From NCBI GenBank assembly GCA_046861655.1, contig JBHIAI010000033.1, positions 1-15,947 on the forward strand: a stretch of DNA of 15,947 nt, in the 5' to 3' direction. The notes beneath the pieces are model-generated. The model was not told where the DNA came from. It worked only from the letters and a program-made list of their open reading frames with translations, and did not search any database. Below, piece after piece: positions 6,976 through 15,946 of the stretch. Positions within the stretch are counted from its first letter, which is position 1. Each line of letters begins with the position of its first letter. The position numbers and the translations under genes were made by a program. This DNA is from Fidelibacterota bacterium (lineage in GTDB: Bacteria; Fidelibacterota; Marinisomatia; Marinisomatales; S15-B10).

Positions 6976-7651
6976 AGGGGTTATTCACAGAATCGGGCTC
7001 CAGGACGAACGTGAGAAACGACTGTCTTGGGATAAACTCAAAGTCCTGGCCCAAGCGGTACCCCGCCTTTTCCATCTCTTTTAGGATCACCTCCTTTGGG
7101 GTGGAGTGGTCCAGGGTCCTCAGGAGCCACCCCTTGCTGTTATAGTCCAGAATGGCGATCCGTCCTCCCGGCCGGAGATAGGATTTCGCACGCTCAAAAT
7201 AGTCGGCCCGGTTGTCAATATGGTGGTACGTGTTGCTTGTGAATATCAGGTCCACCCCCTGTGGGGGCAGGAGGGGATCGTCCACCCTGGCAACAATCGC
7301 CGTTATGTTGGTGATTCCTTTTTTCGCGGCTCGCCTCAACACGGACTCGTTCATGAGAGAATCCACATCAACCGCATACACCACCCCCGCCGGTCCCACG
7401 GCCTCGGCCAGACGAAGAGTAAAGTACCCGCTGCCCGAACCCAGGTCGGCCACACGGTCGCCCTTTTCGATGCCCAGTGAGTCCAGGACTTGCTCCGGGC
7501 GTTGCCAGCGGTCCCGGCCGAACCCTTCATACGCAAATCGTTTGAGGGAGGTGCGGAGATCGCATCCTACGGCCGCAGTCAAAGAGGCACCCACCAAGAG
7601 AGACGCCACGAGTTTCTTGAGTTTCCCCACCGGTCCAGTCCAGGAAATCAC
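6974..7651 (-). CDS. Class I SAM-dependent methyltransferase with a putative lipoprotein signal peptide
   Basis: Motif I VADLGSGSGYFT, VYAVDVD, VDLIF..NTYHHI and LRPGGRIAILD. N-terminus KLKKLVASLLVGASLTAAVG-C. GTG start at 7651, or alternatively at 7630. Confidence 0.92.
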   Translation of the reverse strand: MISWTGPVGKLKKLVASLLVGASLTAAVGCDLRTSLKRFAYEGFGRDRWQRPEQVLDSLGIEKGDRVADLGSGSGYFTLRLAEAVGPAGVVYAVDVDSLMNESVLRRAAKKGITNITAIVARVDDPLLPPQGVDLIFTSNTYHHIDNRADYFERAKSYLRPGGRIAILDYNSKGWLLRTLDHSTPKEVILKEMEKAGYRLGQDFEFIPRQSFLTFVLEPDSVNNP

Positions 7652-7838
7652 CTGATCCCCATTAGATTTGATGTCACCCCCGGGAAGATTACCGTGCTCC
7701 TGCTGGCAGATTGGGTTTCATCCATGATGACCATGCTACTTGAAGGAGTTTTGCGTGCGGCACCTTTCAAATCTACGCGCCGGGGAAATCAAAATCCTCA
7801 AATTATGCCAGCCGGGTGACACATCCCGGCCTAGCCGT

Positions 7839-7866
7839 TTGAAAAATCGATCCGGGGGCTTAAACT
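7839..7866 (+). promoter_or_regulatory. Putative promoter of the oxidoreductase operon
   Basis: TTGAAA (7839-7844), 16 nt, TAAACT (7861-7866), about 45 nt upstream of the start. Same -10 hexamer as the candidate csp promoter. Confidence 0.4.
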
Positions 7867-7912
7867 TACCGGAAGCTGGGCGGTCTTTTTCAATCGTAAA
7901 CTTGAGGACGTG

Positions 7913-9694
7913 ATGAGTGTACGCCGATTCGATTTTACCATCTCCGTAGGGGGAGCGGCTGGGCAGGGTGTGGCCACGCCCGGAAATGTACTGGCCAGGA
8001 TCTTCGCCCGCCGTGGACTCCAATTCTATGCCTACAATGCCTATCAGTCCATCATCCGAGGCGGACACAGTTTCCTCACGGTGAGGGTGAGCGACACCCA
8101 GGTTCGGACCCATGGAGACCGTCTTGACGTTTTGATTGCCCTGAACCAAGACACCATGAACCGTCATCTGAAACATATGGGACCCGGCAGCTGGGTCATT
8201 TACAACAGCGATACTGTTCGCCCGGGCGAGGCGGCCGAGGGGGTGCGGTTGTGCCCCGTGCCCGTCAAGGAACTCTCCGGTGACAACCGCAACAAGTTGG
8301 TACAAAACACCGCAGCCATCTCTACAGTCTTGAGTATCCTGGGCCTCGATTTCGGACCGTTTGAAGAGGTCCTGAGTCACCAATTCAAACGGAAGGGTCA
8401 GGAGGTGGTAGACACCAACGTGGCCATCGCTCGAAAGTCCTACGATTATGCCAGGGAGCATTTCAATCCCTACCCCGGAGAGGTTCCTGCAGGGCCAAAG
8501 CCGCTGGCTATCTGGAGGGGGAACGAGGCCATAGCCATGGGAGGGGCCGCCGCAGGAGTGAAATTCTACGTTGCTTATCCCATGAGTCCCTCCACCGGCA
8601 TTCTGCACTGGATGGCCCAGAACGCCCGGGATCTCGGCATCATGGTCCGTCAGGCCGAAGATGAAATCAGCGTGATCAACATGGCGATCGGAGCGGGCCA
8701 TGCCGGCTCCCGGGCCATGTGCGCCACGTCGGGAGGGGGCTTTGCCCTGATGACGGAGGCCTTAGGCAGTGCCGGTATGATGGAAATACCCGTTCTGGTG
8801 GTGGATGTTCAGAGGGCGGGGCCATCAACGGGGGTCCCCACCAAGACGGAACAGGGGGACCTATGGCAGGTTCTGGGGGCCAGCCAGGGCGATTATCCCC
8901 GCCTGGTGGTGGCTCCGAAGGATCCCCTGGACGCGTTCAACACGGTGCCGGAAATGTTTAACCTCTTGGACAAGTTTCAGTGCCCCGGTATCCTGCTCTC
9001 GGATGGGCTGCTGTCGGATGAAACGTCCACCGTGGATCCGGAATCGATAAACCTTCATCCCCACATCGACCGGGGAGAACTGATCACGGAGCCTTCGAAA
9101 CAGAACGGCTACCTGAGGTTCAAGATCACAGAAAGCGGGATTTCGCCGCGGGCTCTTCCGGGTCTGGAGGGGTACGAGCACGTGGTGGCCACCGATGAGC
9201 ACCAGGAAGACGGCGTATTGATCAGCGATGAATTCACCAATCCGGTAAAGCGCAGGGCAATGCTGGAAAAACGGCAGCGGAAACTGGAGGGGATCGAGGA
9301 GTCCATCGTCCCCCCTGAACTTGAAGGACCTGGAGGAGCCGACGTTACCCTGATGGGATGGGGTTCCACCCACGGTGTCATCGAGGAAGCCAGGGAACAG
9401 TTGAAAAACGACGGAATCACCGCCAACCATCTACACATCAAGTGGATGGTACCCTTTCACGGACAGGCTGTGACGGAAATCCTTTCCCGGAGCAAGATGA
9501 CCATCATCGTGGAAAACAACTACTCCGGCCTTTTCTACCGCTACCTGCGGAGTGAAACGGGTCTGGACGTGGACGGTCATATCCGGAAATACGACGGGGA
9601 ACCGTTCATGCCCCATCATATTACGGACGGGGTGAAGGCCATAGTACGGGGTGAGTCTACGAAGTATGTGCCCACTCACGAACTGGAAGTATAG
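7913..9694 (+). CDS. korA: 2-oxoacid:ferredoxin (acceptor) oxidoreductase alpha subunit (gamma-alpha fusion)
   Basis: GGAAGQGV, YQSIIRGGHS, GNEAIAMG, YPMSPS (YPITP-like), QAEDEI, ATSGGGFALM, QRAGPSTGVPTKTEQGDL, GWGST and VENNYSG motifs. RBS GAGG upstream; start is ATG 7913 or GTG 7910. Substrate specificity cannot be determined. Confidence 0.95.
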   Translation: MSVRRFDFTISVGGAAGQGVATPGNVLARIFARRGLQFYAYNAYQSIIRGGHSFLTVRVSDTQVRTHGDRLDVLIALNQDTMNRHLKHMGPGSWVIYNSDTVRPGEAAEGVRLCPVPVKELSGDNRNKLVQNTAAISTVLSILGLDFGPFEEVLSHQFKRKGQEVVDTNVAIARKSYDYAREHFNPYPGEVPAGPKPLAIWRGNEAIAMGGAAAGVKFYVAYPMSPSTGILHWMAQNARDLGIMVRQAEDEISVINMAIGAGHAGSRAMCATSGGGFALMTEALGSAGMMEIPVLVVDVQRAGPSTGVPTKTEQGDLWQVLGASQGDYPRLVVAPKDPLDAFNTVPEMFNLLDKFQCPGILLSDGLLSDETSTVDPESINLHPHIDRGELITEPSKQNGYLRFKITESGISPRALPGLEGYEHVVATDEHQEDGVLISDEFTNPVKRRAMLEKRQRKLEGIEESIVPPELEGPGGADVTLMGWGSTHGVIEEAREQLKNDGITANHLHIKWMVPFHGQAVTEILSRSKMTIIVENNYSGLFYRYLRSETGLDVDGHIRKYDGEPFMPHHITDGVKAIVRGESTKYVPTHELEV

Positions 9695-9706
9695 CGAGGA
9701 GAAGAC

Positions 9707-10630
9707 ATGATAGAGATCACAGGTACGGCCAAAAGGAAACCCGCTCTGGAATCCGGGGTCAAACTCTCTCCCAAGGAGTTCAAGGGAAAGGTGGACCCCG
9801 ACTGGTGTCCGGGCTGCGGCGATTTTGGGGTGTTGAATGCCCTTCAGAAAGCCTGTTCGGAACTGGGACTCATGCCCCACCAGATTCTGACCGTAAGCGG
9901 TATCGGGTGCTCATCCAATCTCCCCGGGTTCTTCAACGCCTACGGGATGCATACTCTTCACGGGAGGGCCCTGGCGGTGGCGGTGGGGGTAAAACTGGCC
10001 AATCACGAGCTGACGGTCATTGTCACGGGAGGAGACGGCGATGGGTACGGGATCGGGGGAAACCATTTCGTTCACATGGCCCGCCGGAATGTGGACCTTA
10101 CCTATCTCGTGATGAATAATCAGATTTATGGGCTGACCACCGGTCAAATTTCCCCCACGAGCCAGAAGGGAATGAAGACCAAGAGCACCCCCTTTGGAAG
10201 TGTGGAACTTCCTGTCAATCCCATCACCTCAGCCATCATGAACGGAGCCACCTTCGTGGCAAGGGCCTACAGCAGCGACGGAAAACATTTTCTCGATCTT
10301 ATCAAGCAGGCGATCCTGCACCGGGGATTCTCCCTGATCGACGTATTCAGCCCCTGCGTGACGTTCAACCACGACAACACCCACCCCTTTTTCAAAGAGC
10401 GGGTAAGACACCTGGAGGATGAGAACCACGACCCCACAGACTGGAAGGCAGCCTGTGAAAAGGCCATGATTTGGGATGACGATATCTACACAGGCCTTTT
10501 CTTTCAGAACACGGAACGGGAAACCCTGGGGGATTCAGAACCCGTGCTGGAAGAAGGGGGTCCCCTGGCCTTCCGACCCCTTGGCCTGTCCGATGACCAG
10601 GCCCGACGGATCCTTGAGAGGATGATGTAG
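9707..10630 (+). CDS. korB: 2-oxoacid:ferredoxin oxidoreductase beta subunit (TPP and 4Fe-4S binding)
   Basis: WCPGCGDF, SGIGCSS, HTLHGRA, GGDGDG..IG (TPP motif), NNQIYGLTTGQ.SPT and SPCVTFN. Starts 12 nt after the alpha subunit; RBS GAGGAG. Confidence 0.96.
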   Translation: MIEITGTAKRKPALESGVKLSPKEFKGKVDPDWCPGCGDFGVLNALQKACSELGLMPHQILTVSGIGCSSNLPGFFNAYGMHTLHGRALAVAVGVKLANHELTVIVTGGDGDGYGIGGNHFVHMARRNVDLTYLVMNNQIYGLTTGQISPTSQKGMKTKSTPFGSVELPVNPITSAIMNGATFVARAYSSDGKHFLDLIKQAILHRGFSLIDVFSPCVTFNHDNTHPFFKERVRHLEDENHDPTDWKAACEKAMIWDDDIYTGLFFQNTERETLGDSEPVLEEGGPLAFRPLGLSDDQARRILERMM

Positions 10631-10657
10631 CTCAGGCGGATTGAACCCTCTGGGGGC

Positions 10658-10843
10658 TCATGCTGGCTTTTCCGGAACGAGAATCCACGCCGCAATGTAT
10701 ACGAAGATTCCCGCGCCGCCCCAGAAAGCGAGAAGGACAAAGATCAGCCGGATGACCACCGGGTCGATGTCTGAGTACTCCCCGATACCCGCGCAGACCC
10801 CTGCCAGTTTGGCCTGTTTCTTATCTCTGTAGAGACGCTTCAT
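10658..10843 (-). CDS. pspC: PspC domain-containing membrane protein
   Basis: MKRLYR....KLAGVCAGIGEYSDIDPVVIRLIFV...YIAAWILVPE is the canonical PspC domain. Confidence 0.93.
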   Translation of the reverse strand: MKRLYRDKKQAKLAGVCAGIGEYSDIDPVVIRLIFVLLAFWGGAGIFVYIAAWILVPEKPA

Positions 10844-10921
10844 CGCCGTTTTCCCCCTGGATCTTATCCCCGTTCGAGTCAGGGAAGCAAGGATTTCGTG
10901 GCTGGCACTTCTTCGTCACCT

Positions 10922-10954
10922 GTTGTACCCCTCCGTCCTTTCTTAGTATCTTTG
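10922..10954 (+). promoter_or_regulatory. Possible promoter of the lptF-pdp operon
   Basis: GTTG (10922-10925), 21 nt, TATCTTTG (10947-10954), which matches TAnnTTTG. It can also be read as TTGTAC-18-TATCTT. Confidence 0.35.
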
Positions 10955-10978
10955 CCGTGAACAGTCTGTAAGATTGCC

Positions 10979-12349
10979 ATGGGGATCCTTTTCCGGTATA
11001 TCGTCAGGGAGCATGTACTTCCCTTTTTCTATGCTCTCCTGGTGTTGATTTTCTTGCTGTTCACCAATTTCCTCTTACGGGCGGTGGACAAATTCCTGGG
11101 CAAGGGATTGCCTCTGGAGATTATCCTGGAATACCTGGGCCTCAATGCCGCCTGGATTGTGGCCCTGGCAGCACCCATGGCGGTTTTGGTGGCTACCCTC
11201 ATGGCTTTCGGGAGGCTGTCCGAGGACAATGAAATCGCCGCCCTCCGGGCCTCAGGGGTGAGCTTCTCCGCCATCCTGTGGCCCGCCCTGGTCTTCAGTC
11301 TCCTGGTGGCCGGTCCACTGACGTACTTTAATCTGGAAGTCCTGCCTCACATGAACCACCGGGCGAGACTCCTTTCCCGGGATATATACCGGAAACGGCC
11401 CGATCTTAACGTGGAAGCCGGCTACTTCATTGACGACCTTCCCGAATACAGCTTCATTGTCAAGGGGAAAAAGGGAAATAGCTACCAGGACGTCCGGATC
11501 TACGGCAAGGACCGGACCCGGACCCAGACCTCCATTCACGCCCTGGAGGGGACTTTTTCCACCATCGAGGATGCCATCCTCATTACCCTGTACAACGGGG
11601 AAATCCACGAGCTGGATGTAAACAACTACCAGAACTACCGCCGCATCGCCTTTGAGAGGCACAGGATCGTTATCCCTGCCGACGATCTGGCGCTCCATCG
11701 GAGGGAATCGGCTTCCCGGGGCGACCGGGAAATGACAGTCCCCATGATGGAAGAAAGGATCCAGGAGTACAGGGAAAAGATTGCTGTGGTGACGGAAAGA
11801 ATGAAAGAACACCTGGAAAAGACCGTTCCCGGCGCCGTTCTTCCCGAGGATCCTGACCAGGCCTCTCTTCTGATCCAAGAATACCTGGACGAACTTCAGT
11901 CAGGAACCGTCACGGAAAGAGGGGATCTGGCCAAAAGGAAACGTTCGCTCGACGCCCTTAAGCGGCGCTTCAAAGCGGAATATCAACTGATGGAAGGATA
12001 CCGGAGAAGTATCAGCCGGTTCAAGGTGGAGATCCACAAGAAGTTTTCCATTCCCTCTGCCTGCATTGTTTTCATCCTTGCAGGCGCACCGCTTGGGATG
12101 ATGGCCCACAAAGGGGGATTCGTGGCGGGTACGTTCAGTATCGGTTTTTTCCTGGTCTACTGGATCTTTTTGATCGGAGGAGAATCCCTGGCCGACAGGG
12201 GTCTTGTTTCCGCGGTTCTTGCCATGTGGTCACCCAATCTGTTTCTGGGTCTGGGCGGCCTGCTCCTCTCCTGGCGAATGTCCCGGGAGGAGGTGACCCT
12301 TCGGATACCCTTCCTTGAGAAACTGACCAGGGGCCGGGGACGTTCGTGA
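10979..12349 (+). CDS. lptF: LptF/LptG family LPS export ABC transporter permease (LptF-like)
   Basis: ILFRYIVRE, PMAVLVATLMAFGRLSEDNEIAALRASGVS and EIHKKFSIP.AC..F...GAPLG..., AMWSPN. 3+3 transmembrane layout around a periplasmic domain. Confidence 0.9.
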   Translation: MGILFRYIVREHVLPFFYALLVLIFLLFTNFLLRAVDKFLGKGLPLEIILEYLGLNAAWIVALAAPMAVLVATLMAFGRLSEDNEIAALRASGVSFSAILWPALVFSLLVAGPLTYFNLEVLPHMNHRARLLSRDIYRKRPDLNVEAGYFIDDLPEYSFIVKGKKGNSYQDVRIYGKDRTRTQTSIHALEGTFSTIEDAILITLYNGEIHELDVNNYQNYRRIAFERHRIVIPADDLALHRRESASRGDREMTVPMMEERIQEYREKIAVVTERMKEHLEKTVPGAVLPEDPDQASLLIQEYLDELQSGTVTERGDLAKRKRSLDALKRRFKAEYQLMEGYRRSISRFKVEIHKKFSIPSACIVFILAGAPLGMMAHKGGFVAGTFSIGFFLVYWIFLIGGESLADRGLVSAVLAMWSPNLFLGLGGLLLSWRMSREEVTLRIPFLEKLTRGRGRS

Positions 12350-13641
12350 ACATCTCCCGTTTGGTTGAGAAAAAGACCGGCGGCGGGGCCCACACACCGG
12401 AGGAAATCGCCCATCTCGTGGACGCCTACACCCGGGGCGGCATCCCTGACCGGGAAATGACACGCTGGTTGAAGGCCGTTTTTGATCACGGCATGACCGA
12501 CGAGGAGACTCTGGCTGTGGTGGACGGCATGATGGCGTCAGGAGAGAGGGTGGACTTCTCCTTTCTGGACCGGTTCGTGGCTGACAAACACTCCACGGGA
12601 GGGGTGGGAGACAAGGTTTCTTTAGTCCTGGCTCCCTTGATGGCCAGCGCGGGCCTGGCCATCCCCATGATAACCGGACGAAGTCTGGGGCACACCGGGG
12701 GCACCTGCGACAAACTGGAATCCATCCCCGGCTACCGCACCAACCTGTCCATGGATGAATTCGTTCGCGTGGTGGAGGACGTGGGCGCGAGTATTATCGG
12801 TCAGACCGACTGGATCTGTCCAGCCGACAGGAAAATCTACGCCCTCCGGGATGCTACCGGAACGATCGCGTCCACTCCCCTGATCTGTGGAAGCATCATG
12901 AGCAAGAAGATCGCCGAAGGGATTCAAGGTTTGGTCCTGGACATCAAGGTGGGGAGTGGCGCCTTCATGAAAACCCTTGACGATGCCAGGAAGCTGGGAG
13001 AGAAGCTGATCATGGTGGGCCGCCACTTTGGTGTGTCCACCGAAGCCGTCTATTCCGACATGAATCAGCCCCTGGGGTATGAAGTGGGACTCTGGAACGA
13101 GGTGGAGGAATCGGTGAGGGCGTTACGGGGAAAAGGACCGGACGATCTGATGGATCTCACCTTTCGCCTGGGATCCATTCTTCTCATCCAGGCCCGCCTG
13201 GTCCAATCGGAAGATGAGGCCAGAGCTCTTCAGACCGCTCTCATTTCCAGTGGTAAGGCTTTGGAGACCTTTTTGGACATGGTCCAGGCTCACGGGGGCG
13301 ATACGTCTGACCTGGAAGAACCCTCCGGGGGACACCTGCGGGCAACTTTTTCCCGGACCGTGACGGCCCCGAGGGGTGGATTCTTGGTATTATGTGATAC
13401 CCTGGAGTTGGGTCGAGCGGCCAAGGAACTCACCGTTTTCGTTCGCGGGAAGGCTCGGGCGGTTGATCCCACCGGGGGGATCCGTCTTCACAAGAAGCTG
13501 GGGGAAGAGGTCAAGGCAGGGGATGAGCTGGCCGTCTGTTTCGGTGAGGACAGGGAGCGAGTGGAAGGGGCCTTCACAAGAACCGCCTCGGCGTTCACGA
13601 TCGGGGAAGAGCTTCCGAAACCACCCGTACTTACCTATTAA
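12346..13641 (+). CDS. pdp: Pyrimidine-nucleoside / thymidine phosphorylase
   Basis: DKHSTGGVGDK, GRSLGHTGGTCDKLESIPG, PADRKIYALRD, SIMSKKIAEG, LDIKVGSGAFMK and MNQPLG. The GTG start overlaps the lptF stop (GTGA). Confidence 0.95.
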   Translation: MNISRLVEKKTGGGAHTPEEIAHLVDAYTRGGIPDREMTRWLKAVFDHGMTDEETLAVVDGMMASGERVDFSFLDRFVADKHSTGGVGDKVSLVLAPLMASAGLAIPMITGRSLGHTGGTCDKLESIPGYRTNLSMDEFVRVVEDVGASIIGQTDWICPADRKIYALRDATGTIASTPLICGSIMSKKIAEGIQGLVLDIKVGSGAFMKTLDDARKLGEKLIMVGRHFGVSTEAVYSDMNQPLGYEVGLWNEVEESVRALRGKGPDDLMDLTFRLGSILLIQARLVQSEDEARALQTALISSGKALETFLDMVQAHGGDTSDLEEPSGGHLRATFSRTVTAPRGGFLVLCDTLELGRAAKELTVFVRGKARAVDPTGGIRLHKKLGEEVKAGDELAVCFGEDRERVEGAFTRTASAFTIGEELPKPPVLTY

Positions 13642-13765
13642 TTATTGTCCATTGATGATTGATTATTGGGAAACGTAATGCGTGATTCGTAACGGGAAGT
13701 GCTTGGCTTTTAAGATCTAACTCCCAACGCCTAACCCAGATCACATAACCCACAACGCATCACCG
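13641..13765. repeat. Degenerate heptamer tandem-repeat tract between convergent genes
   Basis: ATTATTG TCCATTG ATGATTG ATTATTG (13641-13668); CGTAATG CGTGATT CGTAACG (13674-13694); CTAACTC CCAACGC CTAACCC AGATCAC ATAACCC ACAACGC ATCACCG (13717-13765). Confidence 0.75.
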
Positions 13766-13771
13766 GTCCCT

Positions 13772-15946
13772 TCAGTAATCCTCCCGCTGACGGCTTCTTC
13801 GTTCCGACCGACCGGGATCGGTATGAACCCGGCACTTCCGGGTGGGGGCATACCTTTTGATAAAATACTCGGTCTCGGTGGGACAGTACTCCGTGGGCAA
13901 TTCCTTGGTCACTTTGCAGATCTGCATCCGCACGACGCCGGAAGGCACCTCAAAATCTTCATACGGCCAGTCCAGGGTATCGTAGACGGCTTTCATGAAC
14001 CGGGCCCAAGCCGGTAGAGCCGCCCGGCTGCCGTCCTGGCCTTGCCCCAGGCTCACCTGGGGATCGTCCGCACCGAACCAGACTCCAGCGGCCAGACGGG
14101 GCGTAAACCCCACGAACCAGGCATCGGTCCACCCCTGGGTTGTGCCCGTTTTTCCCCCCGCCGGTCGGTTGAATTGATACATCCAGCGGATCCGGCCTCC
14201 CGTTCCCCGGTCCACCACCGTCCGCAGCAGATCGGTCATGATGAATGCCGTCTCCTCGCTTAAGACTTCCTCCCTCTGGGGAGAGTACTCTTCAACAACG
14301 TTGCCAAACCGGTCCACGATCCGGGTGATGGCCATGGGTTTGGACAGGACCCCCCTGTTGGGAAAGATGCCGTAAGCGGAGGTGATTTCCAGGGGGATCA
14401 CTTCTGAGGTTCCCAGGGCGATGGCATCCACCGCCCTCAAGGGGGTGGACAGGCCCATGCGATGAGCGTTGCGTACCACCACCTCTGGCGGTACCAGCTC
14501 CTGGACCAGCCGGACGGAAATGAGATTCAGGGAACGGCGAAGACCGTCCCTCAAGGTAGTCAGTCCCCCGGTGGAATTGTCGTAATTCCGGGGGATCCAT
14601 TTTTCCCATTCCCCCCTGGCGTTCTGAACGTTCAATACCACAGGCTGGTTGAGGAGCTGTTTTGTGACAGGATAGCCGTTGTCCACGGCCACGGTATAGA
14701 TGAAGGGTTTGAATACCGATCCCGGTTGACGCTTGGCCTGGGTGGCCCGGTTAAACTGGTCGTGATAATCGGGCCTACCCCCCACCATGGCCTTGATGTG
14801 TCCCGTGGCGGGATCGATGGCTACCAGGGCGGCCTGCACCAGGAGCTTATCTCTGAGATCTTCATACATCGGAAAGGTCCCTTCCAGCATGGCCCGGACC
14901 GAGTCCTCAGGATGAATGGTAAGATACGCCAGCTGTTCAAATTCATTCCGGTTGGTGTAAAGCCTCTGATTGAGTATGCGCTGGTTGCGTTCCACCGTTT
15001 CCAGAACGGCCTGCTCCGCCGCATGTTGAATCCGGCTGTCGAGGGTCGTGTAGATTTCCAGACCATCCCGGTAGATGTCCACATCCAGAACATCATCCTC
15101 CTTTTCGAGAAGGCGCCGGATGTACTCGGTAAAATACGGCGCCAGGCCTTCTCCCTCTTCCCCGGAAGCCACCCGCAGTTTCATGGCCGTGGCTTCAGCG
15201 TACTTGGGTGGGGAAATCAGCCCCCTCTTTTTCATGAGACTCAACACGAGGTTCCGTTTATGGACAGCCTGATCCGGGTGATTGATGGGACTGTACCGGG
15301 CGGGTGCGGGCAGAAGACCCACCAGGAGAGCGCTTTCATCCAGGGTGAGATCCCACACGTCTTTTTGGAAGTATCGCTTGGAGGCGGCCTGAACGCCATA
15401 CGTCCCGTGACCGAAGTGGACAGAATTGAGGTACATTTCCAGGATCTCGTCCTTGGTGTACGTTTTCTCAATCTGAATGGCGGTGATCACCTCCTTTAGT
15501 TTCCGGTTGATGGTCTTCCTGAAACCGATCGTGTCGTACAGGTTTCTGGCAAGTTGCTGGGTAATGGAACTAAAACCCTGGCGGTAGCTCAAGGTGGCCA
15601 GGTTGATGACCACCGCCCTCATGAGGTCTCTCAGGGAGATTCCCCAGTGGTCATAGAAACGGTGATCCTCTGAAGCGATGGCGGCGTTGATGAGGTCCTC
15701 AGGAATCTGCTCCAGATCCACAAAGACGCGCCGCTCCGTGTAGAGCTCCTTCAACGGAACACCGTCGGAGGAGTAGATCCGGGTCACCAGGTCAGGGTCG
15801 AAGTTCTCCAGCTGCTCCAGAGACGGGAGATCCCTGGAGAGAACTAAGATGTAAACGGCCGCGACTGCCCCCAGAAGGACGAGAAGGACGGATACTCTAA
15901 GGGAGATCCGTATCCACTTCCGAACCGGTCTGTTCTGGTGTTTCCT
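13772..15946 (-). CDS. mrcA: Class A penicillin-binding protein (PBP1A family, transglycosylase-transpeptidase); start lies beyond the right edge
   Basis: Transglycosylase motifs EDHRFYDHWG, SSITQQLARN, RKLKE and KDEILEMYLN; transpeptidase motifs SVFK, SLN and KTGT. The frame stays open upstream of 15787 and encodes the membrane anchor (RKWIRISLRVSVLLVLLGAVAAVYILVLSRDLPSLEQL). Confidence 0.95.
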   Translation of the reverse strand, partial: RKHQNRPVRKWIRISLRVSVLLVLLGAVAAVYILVLSRDLPSLEQLENFDPDLVTRIYSSDGVPLKELYTERRVFVDLEQIPEDLINAAIASEDHRFYDHWGISLRDLMRAVVINLATLSYRQGFSSITQQLARNLYDTIGFRKTINRKLKEVITAIQIEKTYTKDEILEMYLNSVHFGHGTYGVQAASKRYFQKDVWDLTLDESALLVGLLPAPARYSPINHPDQAVHKRNLVLSLMKKRGLISPPKYAEATAMKLRVASGEEGEGLAPYFTEYIRRLLEKEDDVLDVDIYRDGLEIYTTLDSRIQHAAEQAVLETVERNQRILNQRLYTNRNEFEQLAYLTIHPEDSVRAMLEGTFPMYEDLRDKLLVQAALVAIDPATGHIKAMVGGRPDYHDQFNRATQAKRQPGSVFKPFIYTVAVDNGYPVTKQLLNQPVVLNVQNARGEWEKWIPRNYDNSTGGLTTLRDGLRRSLNLISVRLVQELVPPEVVVRNAHRMGLSTPLRAVDAIALGTSEVIPLEITSAYGIFPNRGVLSKPMAITRIVDRFGNVVEEYSPQREEVLSEETAFIMTDLLRTVVDRGTGGRIRWMYQFNRPAGGKTGTTQGWTDAWFVGFTPRLAAGVWFGADDPQVSLGQGQDGSRAALPAWARFMKAVYDTLDWPYEDFEVPSGVVRMQICKVTKELPTEYCPTETEYFIKRYAPTRKCRVHTDPGRSERRSRQREDY

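Noticed and set aside
7675..7734. 19-codon minus-strand ORF (MVIMDETQSASRSTVIFPG) upstream of the methyltransferase
   Set aside because: No clear RBS or leader-peptide composition; likely chance.
7739..7770. Imperfect inverted repeat TTTGAAGG...CCTTTCAAA in the methyltransferase/korA divergent region
   Set aside because: Short arms, long spacer and no second copy; cannot be supported as an operator.
7736..8701. 321-aa minus-strand ORF
   Set aside because: Antisense shadow of korA with no recognisable motifs.
11252..11878. 208-aa minus-strand ORF
   Set aside because: Antisense to lptF, with no family motifs.
13641..13771. CRISPR array
   Set aside because: Units are 7 bp and degenerate, with no repeat-spacer structure and no cas genes.
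14462..15499. 345-aa plus-strand ORF
   Set aside because: Antisense shadow of the PBP1A gene.
15785..15787. ORF-track start of the PBP gene
   Set aside because: The frame continues upstream through the membrane anchor to the window edge.
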